Source of the DNA: a virus
Virus record (IMG/VR): IMGVR_UViG_3300045996_001561
Coordinates: 15,345-79,344 of that record
DNA length: 64,000 bases
Reading direction: 5' to 3' (one strand)
In this document: one piece after another, positions 45,531-56,199 of the stretch
How the letters are laid out: every line of letters starts with the position of its first letter
Position numbering within the stretch: position 1 is the first letter of the stretch
The notes under the pieces: model-generated
The model's input: only the letters and a program-made list of their open reading frames with translations
What the model was told of the DNA's origin: nothing
The model's database searches: none
Program-made: the position numbers and the translations under genes

Positions 45531-48410
45531 CTAGTCTCCCGCCTCCACCGTCGTGCTGAACCCGACCCCCACCGCGCCGAGGGTTGCCCCCGATCCTACC
45601 ACCACCGCATACCCCGACCCAGGCATGGGCGCTACCGGCGAACCCCCGGCCCCAACCATCGGCGCTCCGCTTGGCACGGCATTCGTCACAATGGTGGCAC
45701 TCTCGGCCTCGACAATCTCCTGGCTATCCGGAATCAGGATATAGACCCGAATGCTCACCGCCTCGATCGATCCAAGGGTCGTGGCATCCACCGGCACCGG
45801 GTGCTGCGGTGGGAACCACGGTTCGGCGTAGGCGCTATCGGTGGTCTGGATCGTCTGGGCATCATTGACACGAATGGCATAGGTGACACCGATGGCATCC
45901 TGCGACCCGATCTCCTGGGTGTCCTGGGCCGATGCGGTGGCCTGGATCTGGCGCGTCTCGGATACGGCGATCGCCTGGGCATCCGTGGCCGACGTCGCAA
46001 CGGCAATCCCTGTTGTTTCGTTCGACGCCACGCCCTGGATATCGACGCTGGCCTTGGTGGTGACCTTGAGAACGGAGGTACTGTCGGATGACGAGATTCC
46101 CTGCGCGTCGGTGCGTGTCTGAGCCGTGGCGAGTGCCGTTTGGTCTTGAGCGGACAGGGGCTGACTGTCAGGTGCGGGTATCGTCGCACCCAGCGCTACG
46201 CTCTCAGTCGCCTGCAGAGCGGTCGCGTCGACGGCCGACTTGGACGCTTCTCCTACGGAGACTGACGCGGAATCTGACGATCCCAGCGATTGGCTGTCGG
46301 TTGCTGGGAGGGACGCCGCCACCGCAGTCGCTTCAGTGGCCTCCACGCTCTGGGAATCGGTGGTGGAAATAGTCGCCGCGAGGGATGCGCTCTCGGTGTC
46401 AGCGAGCGATTGGGTATCGTCTGCGGCAATCGGTGACCCGACGAACGCGGCATCGCTTGACCCCATCGACTGTGCGTCGGATGCTGAAATGGTGGCGGTT
46501 GCGGTGGCGACGTCGCTCGACCCCAGATCCTGGGTATCCGGGGAAAGTACCGCTACCGCGAGAACGGCATCGTCGGCAGACGAGAGCGCCCCGGCATCGT
46601 CGGCCGACTTCGACTCCTGATTGGAGAGAACCTCAACCGACGCACTCTCGCTATCGGCAACCCCTTGGGCATCGTCAGCACTCAGGGATGCGGTAAGGAC
46701 GGCGCTCTCACTCGACGACACGTCCTGGGCATCTGCTGCCGTGAGCGTGACACCTGTCTGTGCCGTTTCCGCCTGCGTGATCGCCTGCGAATCGACTGCG
46801 TCCTGCAGCACCGACACGACGGAAGCGTCAGACGATCCCAGCGCCTGGGTATCGCTCTGGGTGAGTGCGGACGCGATGGCCGTCGCTTCCGTCTGACTGA
46901 TCGCCTGCGTGTCGGCAGCAGAAAGCGTGGTGCTGATAGCGACCGCTTCTGACGATCCGAGTGCCTGCGTATCATCAGCGGTGAGACTGGTTGCAAGCGT
47001 GGCGGATTCTGACGACCCCAGCGCCTGGGTGTCATCGGCGGTCTTGGCCTCAGTGGCGGCGACCGATGCACTCTCGGACTGGCTCAGGGATTGGCTGTCG
47101 GCAGCGGCAAGGGTCGCGGCGATGACGCCGGTATCGGTGGATCCAAGTGCCTGGGTGTCGGCCTGGGTTTGGGATGCCGCAATGGCCGTCGTTTCCGACG
47201 AGCCAAGGGACTGTGAGTCCGATCCGCTCTTGGCGGCGGTTTCGGCAATCGAGGCGGTTTCACTCGATCCGAGTGCCTGGGCGTCGTCGGCAGTCTTGGA
47301 TGTTCCGGCTGAGAGTGTCGGATAGCCGTCGAAAAGGACGGTGCCACTGTTGTCGTAGAAGACACCAATATCACCGCCAGCGACGGTGATGGGCTGAATT
47401 TTGACGTTAGTGATATTGAGTCCGGACTTCCATGTCTGGTCAGTGCCGAATGTTCCCGACCCGTTGTCAACGTCGCGGAGGATCGTCGTCGCGTTGTTCG
47501 TATCCCAGAAGATGTGCGTCAGCGCACCCTCGGGAGCAACAGCGGGGATCTTTACCGGAACCTCAGTCGTGCTGACCGATCTATTGGTAAGTGTCGGCGC
47601 GGAAGTCGTGTCTGCCGAGACACATTCAACGGTTATGACGCCACCCGAACCACGAACAGGGAAGACGATGACCGTGCTTCCCGAACGAGCAACGCGAGTC
47701 GGTGTCCCTGTGGCGTATCCGCTTGCCGCGCCGCCGTTGTAGGCGTATCCGCCGCTCGTACTGCTCAGTGACCCGCCCGACGTTATGTGGCGCTCGTAAA
47801 TGGTGCTTGGGGCGCTAGAGGACTGTTCGTAGAGGCCGTGTACAACGTTGGAAACACCCTCAACGCAACCGCGAAACCCGAAGTGTGCGGCGGTTGCGGC
47901 TGAGAACTGAACGGCAGACCCCCACGATCCCCCCGAAGGTCGCTCGACGTAATAGACGGCGTTCTTCGACCCCATGCTGCTGAAGCTGCCGCTGAAGAAA
48001 ATAAGCACATCACCGTTTGCGGTGACACAGATCCCCACGCCGGGAACACCAACTGCGCTCTCAACTTCGGGCAATTGATTGGGAGTTGTCTGCGTTCCCC
48101 ACGTATCCGTCGCGCAGTCGAAGGGCCGATAGGCAACAACTCCCGACGACGCGAGGAACGCAACGTGGATCGTTGATCCGACAAGCACAGAGTCAAAGAC
48201 GTTGTAGTTGCCTGAACCATCGACGGACGTGCCAGAATCGGCTTCGGCCCACGTCTGACCGCCATCGGTCGATTTCCAGACCATAATGCGGTTGTGGAAG
48301 CTGCTGCGAAAGACCCCGTAGAGGTTGCCGTTATATTCCCACGGCCCCGAACGCCCTGAACGATGGGAGGAAAAGAGGAAGTTCGCGCCAACTGTTCCCG
48401 GCCACGCCAT
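45531..48410 (-). CDS. Fibre / receptor-binding protein: propeller-like N-domain plus ~21-aa repeats
   Basis: Asp-box WKSTDGGQTW; >20 repeats of the type ADDTQALGSSESATLATSLT. Confidence 0.7.
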   Translation of the reverse strand: MAWPGTVGANFLFSSHRSGRSGPWEYNGNLYGVFRSSFHNRIMVWKSTDGGQTWAEADSGTSVDGSGNYNVFDSVLVGSTIHVAFLASSGVVAYRPFDCATDTWGTQTTPNQLPEVESAVGVPGVGICVTANGDVLIFFSGSFSSMGSKNAVYYVERPSGGSWGSAVQFSAATAAHFGFRGCVEGVSNVVHGLYEQSSSAPSTIYERHITSGGSLSSTSGGYAYNGGAASGYATGTPTRVARSGSTVIVFPVRGSGGVITVECVSADTTSAPTLTNRSVSTTEVPVKIPAVAPEGALTHIFWDTNNATTILRDVDNGSGTFGTDQTWKSGLNITNVKIQPITVAGGDIGVFYDNSGTVLFDGYPTLSAGTSKTADDAQALGSSETASIAETAAKSGSDSQSLGSSETTAIAASQTQADTQALGSTDTGVIAATLAAADSQSLSQSESASVAATEAKTADDTQALGSSESATLATSLTADDTQALGSSEAVAISTTLSAADTQAISQTEATAIASALTQSDTQALGSSDASVVSVLQDAVDSQAITQAETAQTGVTLTAADAQDVSSSESAVLTASLSADDAQGVADSESASVEVLSNQESKSADDAGALSSADDAVLAVAVLSPDTQDLGSSDVATATATISASDAQSMGSSDAAFVGSPIAADDTQSLADTESASLAATISTTDSQSVEATEATAVAASLPATDSQSLGSSDSASVSVGEASKSAVDATALQATESVALGATIPAPDSQPLSAQDQTALATAQTRTDAQGISSSDSTSVLKVTTKASVDIQGVASNETTGIAVATSATDAQAIAVSETRQIQATASAQDTQEIGSQDAIGVTYAIRVNDAQTIQTTDSAYAEPWFPPQHPVPVDATTLGSIEAVSIRVYILIPDSQEIVEAESATIVTNAVPSGAPMVGAGGSPVAPMPGSGYAVVVGSGATLGAVGVGFSTTVEAGD

Positions 48411-49093
48411 TAGCGAACGATCCCGTGGCCTCGGTGGATGTTGACGATGCGCTCGTTCGCGTTCTGGCCGGTCGTGCCGATCATGGTGATCCAGTCAGCC
48501 TCACTCCGGTACAGCCCTTCCGCCGCTTCTTCCGGCGTCAGTGTGGGCGACCAGGGCTGCGACGGATCGTACATGCTGATGAAGTGGACGACGCGGCTGC
48601 GGTCGGTCGGAGCGCACTCGTCACGGATCGCCGTCAGCATCGCCTGAACCTCTGCCGCGCTGTCTGCGACGGACAAGAGATCGTCGGTGATGACGGCATC
48701 GAAGCGACGATTGCGCCCGATCCCGGCCTGCGACCGGATGTTCGCCATGTCGGCGGCGAGGGTGCAGTCACCAGCGAGGATATGGTCGGAGATGTTCGGC
48801 AGCTTACCGCCGGTTCGCGCTTGGCCCTGTGCCCATGCGCCATCGACGCCCCAGCCCGAGAATCCTTGATCCCACAAGTGCCAGACGACGTAACCGTAGC
48901 CGCATCCGGCGACGAGAATCTTCGGGCCAGCGTCGGTGCGTGCGTTGGCAGGCGTGAGGGTCGAGACAAGCTCCCGAAAGACGCGAACGCGATCCGGCCA
49001 CATCTCCCACGACAACGCGGGCGGCGGGCGATACCATGTACCGCCCAGCCCATCGACCCCCTCAAACCGAGTGGGTGTCGCAAACTTGCTCAT
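48410..49093 (-). CDS. Class I SAM methyltransferase-like protein
   Basis: KILVAGCGYGY..GWGVD..FDAVITDDLL. Confidence 0.65.
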   Translation of the reverse strand: MSKFATPTRFEGVDGLGGTWYRPPPALSWEMWPDRVRVFRELVSTLTPANARTDAGPKILVAGCGYGYVVWHLWDQGFSGWGVDGAWAQGQARTGGKLPNISDHILAGDCTLAADMANIRSQAGIGRNRRFDAVITDDLLSVADSAAEVQAMLTAIRDECAPTDRSRVVHFISMYDPSQPWSPTLTPEEAAEGLYRSEADWITMIGTTGQNANERIVNIHRGHGIVR

Positions 49094-49106
49094 GGTATCC
49101 CCCGTA

Positions 49107-49484
49107 CTAGGCCAGGGTGGTGGTGTGGGTGTAGGTCAGAACCCAGGTCGATCCTGATGCCTTGGTGCCCATCGCCTGCACCAGACGGCTGAACATCGTT
49201 CCGGCCGATGAGGCGTTGAAGAAGCCAACTTCCTCCCAGGCAAAGTTCGCATCGGCGCTGGCAAAGGTGCTGACCGCCGTGATCACATTCGCGGGAGCGG
49301 TCGGATAGGTGGCATCCATCGCCTTGCGGGCTTTGGATGCGCCCTGCAGATCCGTATGGGCCGCTGAGAAGGCGGTGCTGCTATTGCCGACCCCCAGATG
49401 GGCGTTGGCATTGTTGAAGAGCGGGGTGAACAACCCCACCAGGGATCGGACGAGGGCATCACGCCCTGCGGTTGTGGTCGCCAT
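49107..49484 (-). CDS. Conserved virion protein (fibre anchor-like)
   Basis: LGVGNSSTA..TDLQG..RKAMDATYP..ANFAWEEVGFFNA..GTKASG. Confidence 0.7.
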   Translation of the reverse strand: MATTTAGRDALVRSLVGLFTPLFNNANAHLGVGNSSTAFSAAHTDLQGASKARKAMDATYPTAPANVITAVSTFASADANFAWEEVGFFNASSAGTMFSRLVQAMGTKASGSTWVLTYTHTTTLA

Positions 49485-49488
49485 GACG

Positions 49489-50295
49489 CTAGCCCTCCGC
49501 GAGGATCTCTCGCATGTCGTCGGTCATCACATCCTCGTCGAGATCCCCACTTGCCCGGGCGTCGAGCAGTTGCTGCCGCTTGGCCTCGCGGATATCAGCT
49601 TTCTTCAGGTGCGGCCCCTCTTCGATGGCCGGTGCCGGGTTGGGCTGGCCGATCGTTCCGGCGTCGATCAGCGCCTGAAGCTCGTCGCGGGTCAGGGTGA
49701 TGACCTCGACGTTGTCATCGGCAGCCACTTTCGCAAGATCATTCAGTGAGCGGCCTCCCGCATCGTCATGCTTTGCCATGAGTCCCTCCCAGAATCTGCT
49801 CCTGCAGCGCGCGGATCGCCGCGATACGCCCCGGATCGGTAATGACGGTTCCGTCACCTTCGGTGAAGATATCCGCCCCAATCAGCATGTCGTCCGGCTC
49901 CCCATCGGCCGGGGTTCTGCCGTTATTGTACTTTGCCACCGTCACCGTTTCGCGCTGCGTCCGAAGCAACGTCACGTCCGTGACCCCGTACGCCTGCATC
50001 GCCTCGATCTCTTTGGCGGTCGGTGGGGCAATCATAGATTTCGGCGTTCCCGCATCTCCGGAACCGGATACCGCTTGGTGTCTCCCACCAGCGTATCGGC
50101 CGTCTCCGCGCTGGGGGTGGAGACGAGGGGTTCCGGAACAATCTCGACCTCGGGGTTGATGACCGGAGCCACCGTCTCCCCCGGGAGGATCTTGCGGTAG
50201 ATGCCCGGGCTGTCCGCAACCTGGGCATCGGTGCGCATCACCGTTTTCCCGGTTCGGGTGTCCACCCACGGTCGTGCATAGGTGTTGTCAGCCAT
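49489..50295 (-). other. Three small hypothetical CDS (50032-50295, 49766-50035, 49489-49779)
   Basis: Coupled ORFs with SD sequences. Confidence 0.6.
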
Positions 50296-50374
50296 ACCAT
50301 CGCTCCTGCGCTTCAATCCGTGGCCTGTGTGCGACGAAAACGGCGAGAAGGGTAGAAACCCCCTCGCCGTCCGT

Positions 50375-50752
50375 TTAGTGCCTGTGGAGCGCCTTCTTGA
50401 ACCGCTCCGTCATCTCCTGCGCCACAATCGACGGCTTGCGTGGGCGCGCTCCCGCGCGGTCGGCCAGCACGGTGTCGGTTGGGGTGCCGATCTTGGCTTC
50501 TAGTTGCGCCGGAACGTCACTGGTAATGACCACGCCTTTGTTCGCGCGATCCTGATCGGTGAACCCAAACCCCAGCATCGCCAGGAATGCCGGGATGGCC
50601 CAGATGAAGCCCTCGACGGCCGCATCCTCGATCGTGCCGCCCTGCTGCACGTTGAAGAGGGACTTGAGGATCCCGAATAGCACCACGGCAATGATGCCCC
50701 GAACGGCCGAGTTCTCCAGGGGCGTCCCACCCCAATTGATCGGGTTGCCCAT
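50375..50752 (-). CDS. Holin-like two-TM protein
   Basis: Two hydrophobic segments, basic C-tail, in the lysis region. Confidence 0.55.
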   Translation of the reverse strand: MGNPINWGGTPLENSAVRGIIAVVLFGILKSLFNVQQGGTIEDAAVEGFIWAIPAFLAMLGFGFTDQDRANKGVVITSDVPAQLEAKIGTPTDTVLADRAGARPRKPSIVAQEMTERFKKALHRH

Positions 50753-50775
50753 ATCCACCCTCCTGTTGCGCTGAC

Positions 50776-50841
50776 CTAGAGAACCCAGATCAGCAGAATG
50801 ACGACGAGAATGACGAGCAGTAGACCGCCGCCAATATACAT
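50776..50841 (-). CDS. 21-aa membrane peptide
   Basis: MYIGGGLLLVILVVILLIWVL; SD GGAGGT. Confidence 0.6.
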   Translation of the reverse strand: MYIGGGLLLVILVVILLIWVL

Positions 50842-50867
50842 AGCGCAACCTCCACCGTCGCTCGGGG

Positions 50868-51005
50868 TTACGACCCCTTCTTTTTCCGCCTCTTGCGCCC
50901 ACCCGGTACGCCGTACTTCTTCACCCACTGGCGGGCGACTTTCGCGGCCTTCCCACCCTTGGCGAACATGGCCCGCATCTGGGCCTTTCCTCCCTTGAAT
51001 GGCAT
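50868..51005 (-). CDS. 45-aa basic protein (MPFK..AQ.R type)
   Basis: MPFKGGKAQMRAMFAKGGKAAKVARQWVKKYGVPGGRKRRKKKGS. Confidence 0.6.
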   Translation of the reverse strand: MPFKGGKAQMRAMFAKGGKAAKVARQWVKKYGVPGGRKRRKKKGS

Positions 51006-51006
51006 A

Positions 51007-52200
51007 TTACCCCCTCGGGAGATCGCGCACGTAGACGTGCGGTGAGGCTCCCTTGAGCCACTCGATCATGTTGTCGACATCGTCCTGATCGGGCCACGCA
51101 TGGTCGCCGTGACGATCCTGCCAGTTGCCCATCAACCCGGAATACTCTGGTCGCGGGTACTGCGGGGCGTTGTCGTAGTGATCGTAGGCCCGCGTTGCGG
51201 CATGACCAACGGCTTCATGGAGCCAGACCCGGGAGAGCCATTGGGTGTTGAACCACCGCTTGGCAATATCGACTCTGGCCCGTTCTCCGGATCGCTTGTA
51301 ATAGCAACCAGCCGCTCCACCGCACGCATCATCGACCATTCGCACCAAGACATGAGCTTCCTGTGGAGTGGCGACTTCACGGAGATCCAGACCAATCCGC
51401 AGCGGGCCACGGGGATCGTCAGTGATGGCGGTAAGCGTGCGCTTAACATCCTCAGCATTCAGCCCTCCCGCATCCTCAAGGTACCAGCAGAATTCATGGG
51501 TAATGGGCGGGAAGTCCTGGGCCACGTACTCCGAGGCGGGAACGGCCAGATACTCGGAGTTGACCCAGCCGGTCTTGGGGGGAGCCAGCCACGTATCCGC
51601 ACCCTTCAGCCGCGTCGTCTGGACTTCCGAGGCATCGACCTTGACCCGTACCCACAGCGATTTCTCGACCTTCCGTCGCCCTCCGGTCATAAGCACGGTG
51701 GTTCCGGTGGGGATGACGCCCAGCGAGGGGTTCTTGACCCCGGCCTGCTTGCGGAGGCGCAGGTTCGTGGTCGTCACGGCCTGCCCCTTACGGGGAAGCT
51801 GACCCGGGGTGACCGGCTCGGGATTGGGCGATGGGTTCACGGGAGGGGTGATCGGTGGCGGTGTGACCCTGACGGGTGTCACGTCCTGCGGCCCCTGCGC
51901 CCAATGGTACGGCCCCTTGTCGTCCTGGCGGGCGAAGGCGTCCGTCTCATTGAGAATGATCCCTGACTCGCCAAAGATCATCGCCGCGCTGGGGTCGTTG
52001 GCAAGCAGCGTTTGGAAGGCGAGATCCTCGTCATAGACGATGCAGGACGGCATTCCGGGGCCAGCATCGCGGGCCACCTGGGCTTGTTCCTGCGCCGTCG
52101 TTGCGGCCAGCGCCATCGCGCTTACCGATCGTCCAAGACGGCCCCTGTCCCACGCGGACGTATTCTCCCAAGCCGGGGTGAACTTACGCTGATCCGACAC
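51007..52200 (-). CDS. SH3b domain plus zinc metallopeptidase
   Basis: TTTNLRLRKQAG..WVRV..GWVNSEYL; WLHEAVGHA. Confidence 0.7.
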   Translation of the reverse strand: MSDQRKFTPAWENTSAWDRGRLGRSVSAMALAATTAQEQAQVARDAGPGMPSCIVYDEDLAFQTLLANDPSAAMIFGESGIILNETDAFARQDDKGPYHWAQGPQDVTPVRVTPPPITPPVNPSPNPEPVTPGQLPRKGQAVTTTNLRLRKQAGVKNPSLGVIPTGTTVLMTGGRRKVEKSLWVRVKVDASEVQTTRLKGADTWLAPPKTGWVNSEYLAVPASEYVAQDFPPITHEFCWYLEDAGGLNAEDVKRTLTAITDDPRGPLRIGLDLREVATPQEAHVLVRMVDDACGGAAGCYYKRSGERARVDIAKRWFNTQWLSRVWLHEAVGHAATRAYDHYDNAPQYPRPEYSGLMGNWQDRHGDHAWPDQDDVDNMIEWLKGASPHVYVRDLPRG

Positions 52201-52409
52201 GGCCAAGCCCCTTTCTCGGGATATCTTCCACCGGAATGCCGAGGATCTCTTGGAGTCGTCGATATTCAGCACCGCTGAGAAGCGGCGAATCGGAATCCGA
52301 AAGACGCTCACGAATGACTCGGGCCACCGCATCATCGACCTCCTGCTCCGTGGGCATCACGAAGTTGGCCGGAAGCTCGATTCCGTGGAAGTTCAGTCGC
52401 TCATTTTCG

Positions 52410-52799
52410 CTATTGGTCATCGGTTCCCCGCGCCTCGTCCAATCGCGTGTTGGTCGACCAGACGGCCATCTTGACCGCCTCGATCTCGCCCCGGATCGCA
52501 TCAACCTTGGCCTCCAGGCGATCCTGCCCATCCCGGCTTTCGTGCGACCCGGCATAGATCAGGTACGTGGTTGCCACGACGAAGGTGAAGAGCTGGAGAA
52601 ACTCGGACTGCCAGTTCTCCATCGTGGCCCGGAGCCAGATATTGAGGTACTCCGTCCACAGGGGGTCGGATCCGTGCTGCACGGTTTCGGCCGCGTACTC
52701 CCACCAGCCGAACCACGTCTGGGCGACCCAGGCCGAGAGCCAGAGGGCGGCGAGGAAAATCCCGAGTCCCTTGGGATGGTGACCCAACCAGCCGATCAT
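52410..52799 (-). CDS. DUF6766-like membrane protein
   Basis: WLRATMENWQSEFLQLF..GSHES. Confidence 0.7.
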   Translation of the reverse strand: MIGWLGHHPKGLGIFLAALWLSAWVAQTWFGWWEYAAETVQHGSDPLWTEYLNIWLRATMENWQSEFLQLFTFVVATTYLIYAGSHESRDGQDRLEAKVDAIRGEIEAVKMAVWSTNTRLDEARGTDDQ

Positions 52800-53203
52800 G
52801 TCAGAAGCTCCTTCACGTCGGTGAGCATATCACCATCGGTGATGACATACACGTCGGCCACGTAGCGTTCGAAGGAGCGGATTTCGCTCACCACCGTCTC
52901 CCGTTGCCGGGTGACAACACGGATCGTCCACCCCGGTGGAGGGTCGAAGAGCAGGAAGCCGAGAACCTCCTGCAGTCGGATCATGGCCTCGCCGCCGCCG
53001 TCCTCGCCAAGCTCCGGGGTGTTGATATCCGCGATGCGAATCCGTACCTCATGACGACCGAAGAACCCCGTATCGACCAGGGCGATGAAGGTATCCCCGT
53101 CGATGACCCGGATCGGTCGGGCGCGATAGTGCCAGAGGAAGTTGCGATCGAACCATCCGGTCGTCATGGGCGGCTTGAGCAGTTCCTCGACGACATCCTC
53201 CAT
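52796..53203 (-). CDS. Thermonuclease (SNase-like)
   Basis: RVIDGDTF..VDTGF..IRIADINTPE..FERYVADVY. Confidence 0.85.
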   Translation of the reverse strand: MEDVVEELLKPPMTTGWFDRNFLWHYRARPIRVIDGDTFIALVDTGFFGRHEVRIRIADINTPELGEDGGGEAMIRLQEVLGFLLFDPPPGWTIRVVTRQRETVVSEIRSFERYVADVYVITDGDMLTDVKELLT

Positions 53204-54822
53204 CACGATCCTCCGGCCATGAAGTCCGCCTTGGACATGGACGGCGCATCCTCGGGAACCTCGACAGCGGACAGACCGCGATGGGCGTCGACCAGAATCG
53301 GCTCGGCCCCGGGGTCATAGACGTCCGGATGATCGGAGAGCCACGCATCGCCCACCAGCACGCTCACGCGCGGATGGCAATCCTCGGCCACGATCCGGCT
53401 CCCGTACTGACTGACGAGCCAGAGCTTGTTGTCGCTTCCTTGCGTCGACCAGTGGGCGAGGAAGGCTTCTCCCGCTGCCAGATCGCGGCGAACCTTCGGT
53501 GACGCAGGATCCGCGCTCTGGCGTGCCGATGTGGTTGTCCGGGCCACAAAGACCCGCTGCAGGGCATAGAAGATGTGACCATCGCTGCGGACATAGTCGG
53601 TGCCATCCCACTCCTTGGGGATCGGAAACGCCTCCGCATACTCTTCCGGTGCAGGGATCGTGCCACCGCCTTGCTTCAGGATGGCAATCCGCTCGTCAAC
53701 GCCACGCTCGATCTGCGGCCAGCGCCCCTGCCCCATGATGATGGCGGGGCAGCCGGTGGCGCGGTTGCCATGCGGGTAGAGATGGTCGACGGCGTTTTGC
53801 CCGCGCGCATGGAGGATCGCGGCATGGATCCACATGGCCGTATCCTCGGTCTGCTCCGCGTTCCGTCCGGCATTGACACAGACCTCCATCGAGGGGTGCG
53901 CGTTGTTGCGCCAGTCGCCACTATGGATGCTGGCCTCGTCGAAGGGGATCTTGACGATAACGAGCCGGTTCTCAACGTACATGGAGACCCCGACGTTGCC
54001 GTCAGGATGCCCGGGAGTACAGCTATCCTGCCACCCGGAATGCATCCTGGCCCCGGCCGTCGCTCCGCGATTTCCCGTTTCGTGAAGGGTCGATCCGGTC
54101 ATCGTCACCCGGCGATGCGGCCGGTGGCGACCGGGCGGGGTGAGGATGACCTCAACCGTGATCGTGCCCGGGAGCCACACCGTTCCCAGACCCGGGATGG
54201 CGTGCTGCTTGAACCCCTGACCGGCCAGTCCGGTGTTGCCGGGATCCGGGGGAGGCTGCAGGACACCCACACGACCATAGATGTTCACCCGCTCATTGCT
54301 GCGCTGGATGATCTGCTGCTTGTAGACCCGCAGGTTGTCCAGCGACTCTCCGGGCGGGAGGGCGCGCCCCTCGGCCCCGGGGAGCCACCCTAGCAGGTAT
54401 CGCTCGATGTACTCCCCCAGCGTGTTCACGCCCACGGAGAGGTAGGCGTCGTTGGGATCCGTGAGTCGCCGCCTGAACTCCGCGAAGGCATCGGCCCACG
54501 TCGCAAAGACCTTCAGCTTCCTTCCCGCCTGGGTGATGATATGCGGCTCCCGCGCGGCATCCCGCACCATCAGCCCCAGAGGATTCCGGGCCTGTCGTGC
54601 GGTGGCATTCGTGCCGTCGCTGGACTCCTTGAGGGCTTGCTCTCGGGCGAGGATGCCGACACCTGTCGTGACGGCGATAATGGCGGCAACCTCGTCGCGG
54701 AGTGGCGACTCAGCCAGGAGCGTCTCGTCCCAAACCCGCTGGGGATAATCCCCCATCTGCAGGTAGGGTGTCGTCTCGCTGAACGGGAATGGCGCGAGGT
54801 CGAAGAACTGCGAATCGTGCAT
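53203..54822 (-). CDS. Endolysin: lysozyme-like domain plus Amidase_2
   Basis: KESSDG..NPLGL..FATWADA; TLHETGN..HSGD..SMEVC..YPHG..GCP. Confidence 0.8.
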   Translation of the reverse strand: MHDSQFFDLAPFPFSETTPYLQMGDYPQRVWDETLLAESPLRDEVAAIIAVTTGVGILAREQALKESSDGTNATARQARNPLGLMVRDAAREPHIITQAGRKLKVFATWADAFAEFRRRLTDPNDAYLSVGVNTLGEYIERYLLGWLPGAEGRALPPGESLDNLRVYKQQIIQRSNERVNIYGRVGVLQPPPDPGNTGLAGQGFKQHAIPGLGTVWLPGTITVEVILTPPGRHRPHRRVTMTGSTLHETGNRGATAGARMHSGWQDSCTPGHPDGNVGVSMYVENRLVIVKIPFDEASIHSGDWRNNAHPSMEVCVNAGRNAEQTEDTAMWIHAAILHARGQNAVDHLYPHGNRATGCPAIIMGQGRWPQIERGVDERIAILKQGGGTIPAPEEYAEAFPIPKEWDGTDYVRSDGHIFYALQRVFVARTTTSARQSADPASPKVRRDLAAGEAFLAHWSTQGSDNKLWLVSQYGSRIVAEDCHPRVSVLVGDAWLSDHPDVYDPGAEPILVDAHRGLSAVEVPEDAPSMSKADFMAGGS

Positions 54823-54836
54823 CACGAACCCCTTTC

Positions 54837-55232
54837 TCAGAACCAGTGAAACGTCCAGTGCCCAAGGATTGCGGCCAGGATAACCAGCGCCACCAGCATC
54901 ACGTACTTGTGCGTGACGCAGAACGCGCACACCTCGCGGATCAGCGGCATCGTCCACTCACCGGCAAGCGTCCAGACATAGAACGCCACCAGCGCCAGAT
55001 TGATAAGCCAGAAGATCGCGCCATAGGGCTGGGGAATCAACCCTCCGGTTGCGAGGACGTAGAGTGATCGCACGAGAATCAGAAGAAACGATGTGATCAG
55101 AGCCAAGGATGCCCACTCAAAGCGTGAACGCGGGTGCTGTATGACCATCACCACCCAGGTATAGACCACGGCAATCACAATCAGGTAAAAGGCGATGAGG
55201 ACGATGTACTCCGAGATCCGCTCAGCGTCCAT
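54837..55232 (-). CDS. Multi-TM membrane protein
   Basis: Four hydrophobic segments; next to the endolysin. Confidence 0.6.
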   Translation of the reverse strand: MDAERISEYIVLIAFYLIVIAVVYTWVVMVIQHPRSRFEWASLALITSFLLILVRSLYVLATGGLIPQPYGAIFWLINLALVAFYVWTLAGEWTMPLIREVCAFCVTHKYVMLVALVILAAILGHWTFHWF

Positions 55233-55465
55233 TGGGATACTCGGACGAATGCCGCGCGATGATCCTCCGTTCCCGGTCGATCTGATCGGCAATCGGATAT
55301 GCCCCTTCTTCGCGCATCTTGGCACTGAGCTTGTCCAGGCGGTGCAGCACCTGATTGAGAATACCGATGGCCCGCTCCTGGGCGATGACCGATTCCTCTA
55401 GAGCCACGGCGAAATCTTCTTCCTTCTTCGCGTCGGTGCGATGCTCCGCGCCCGTGCTGCCCATA

Positions 55466-55900
55466 TCAGGCATTCTTGTCTCCCGCGCGACTTCGACGCT
55501 GGGTGGGTTGCTCAAAGCGGTCAAGGCGCTCCATGATCTGAGTGAGGATTTCGGTGTTCCGACTGATGGCCGAGGCGTGATCCTTGATGGCGGCGTCGTT
55601 GCGGCTGACTGCTGCGCTGAGTGCGTCATGCGTCGCCTTCCCCATTGTGAACGCATCCTCCGCAATGTCAACAGAGCGAAGGGTTGCCGCCGATAGCTCT
55701 TTCAGGATCCCCGTTGTGGCGCGACTATCTTCCAGCAACGAATCTTCGCGCGTTTCGCAACGTGCGGTTCGCGCGTCGATTGCGCCAGTGTACTTGACAA
55801 AGACGTACCCAAGCGCCGCCGCGATCATCGCGGCAACCCAGGGCCACGCTTCCTGTCCACTTGCGGGGATCGGGACAGATTGGGCCAGCATGCGAATCAC
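55466..55900 (-). CDS. TM plus coiled-coil protein (holin-like)
   Basis: WPWVAAMIAAALGYVF followed by heptads. Confidence 0.55.
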   Translation of the reverse strand: MIRMLAQSVPIPASGQEAWPWVAAMIAAALGYVFVKYTGAIDARTARCETREDSLLEDSRATTGILKELSAATLRSVDIAEDAFTMGKATHDALSAAVSRNDAAIKDHASAISRNTEILTQIMERLDRFEQPTQRRSRAGDKNA

Positions 55901-56199
55901 TCCTGTGAATTCAGCCGTCTTTTACGATCCATGCACCCACGCTTTATCGTATCAGACGCCGAACCATCGGATGGTGGCCCCCACGGGAATGGTTCCGCCA
56001 TAGATCCGCTGCGCCGCTGCATTCACGGCGGCAAGGATCGCCTCGCGCTCCACGGTCTGGGATGCCCCTGGCACGACCCGAAGCTGCACGGCCACCTGCA
56101 TAAACCCTCCCCCGGCAGGAAAGGCCACGGCCTGGAAGTTCGCCATGATGTCGTCGCCGTTGGGCTGCAAGGGAGGCACCAGCATGATATAGACGACCA

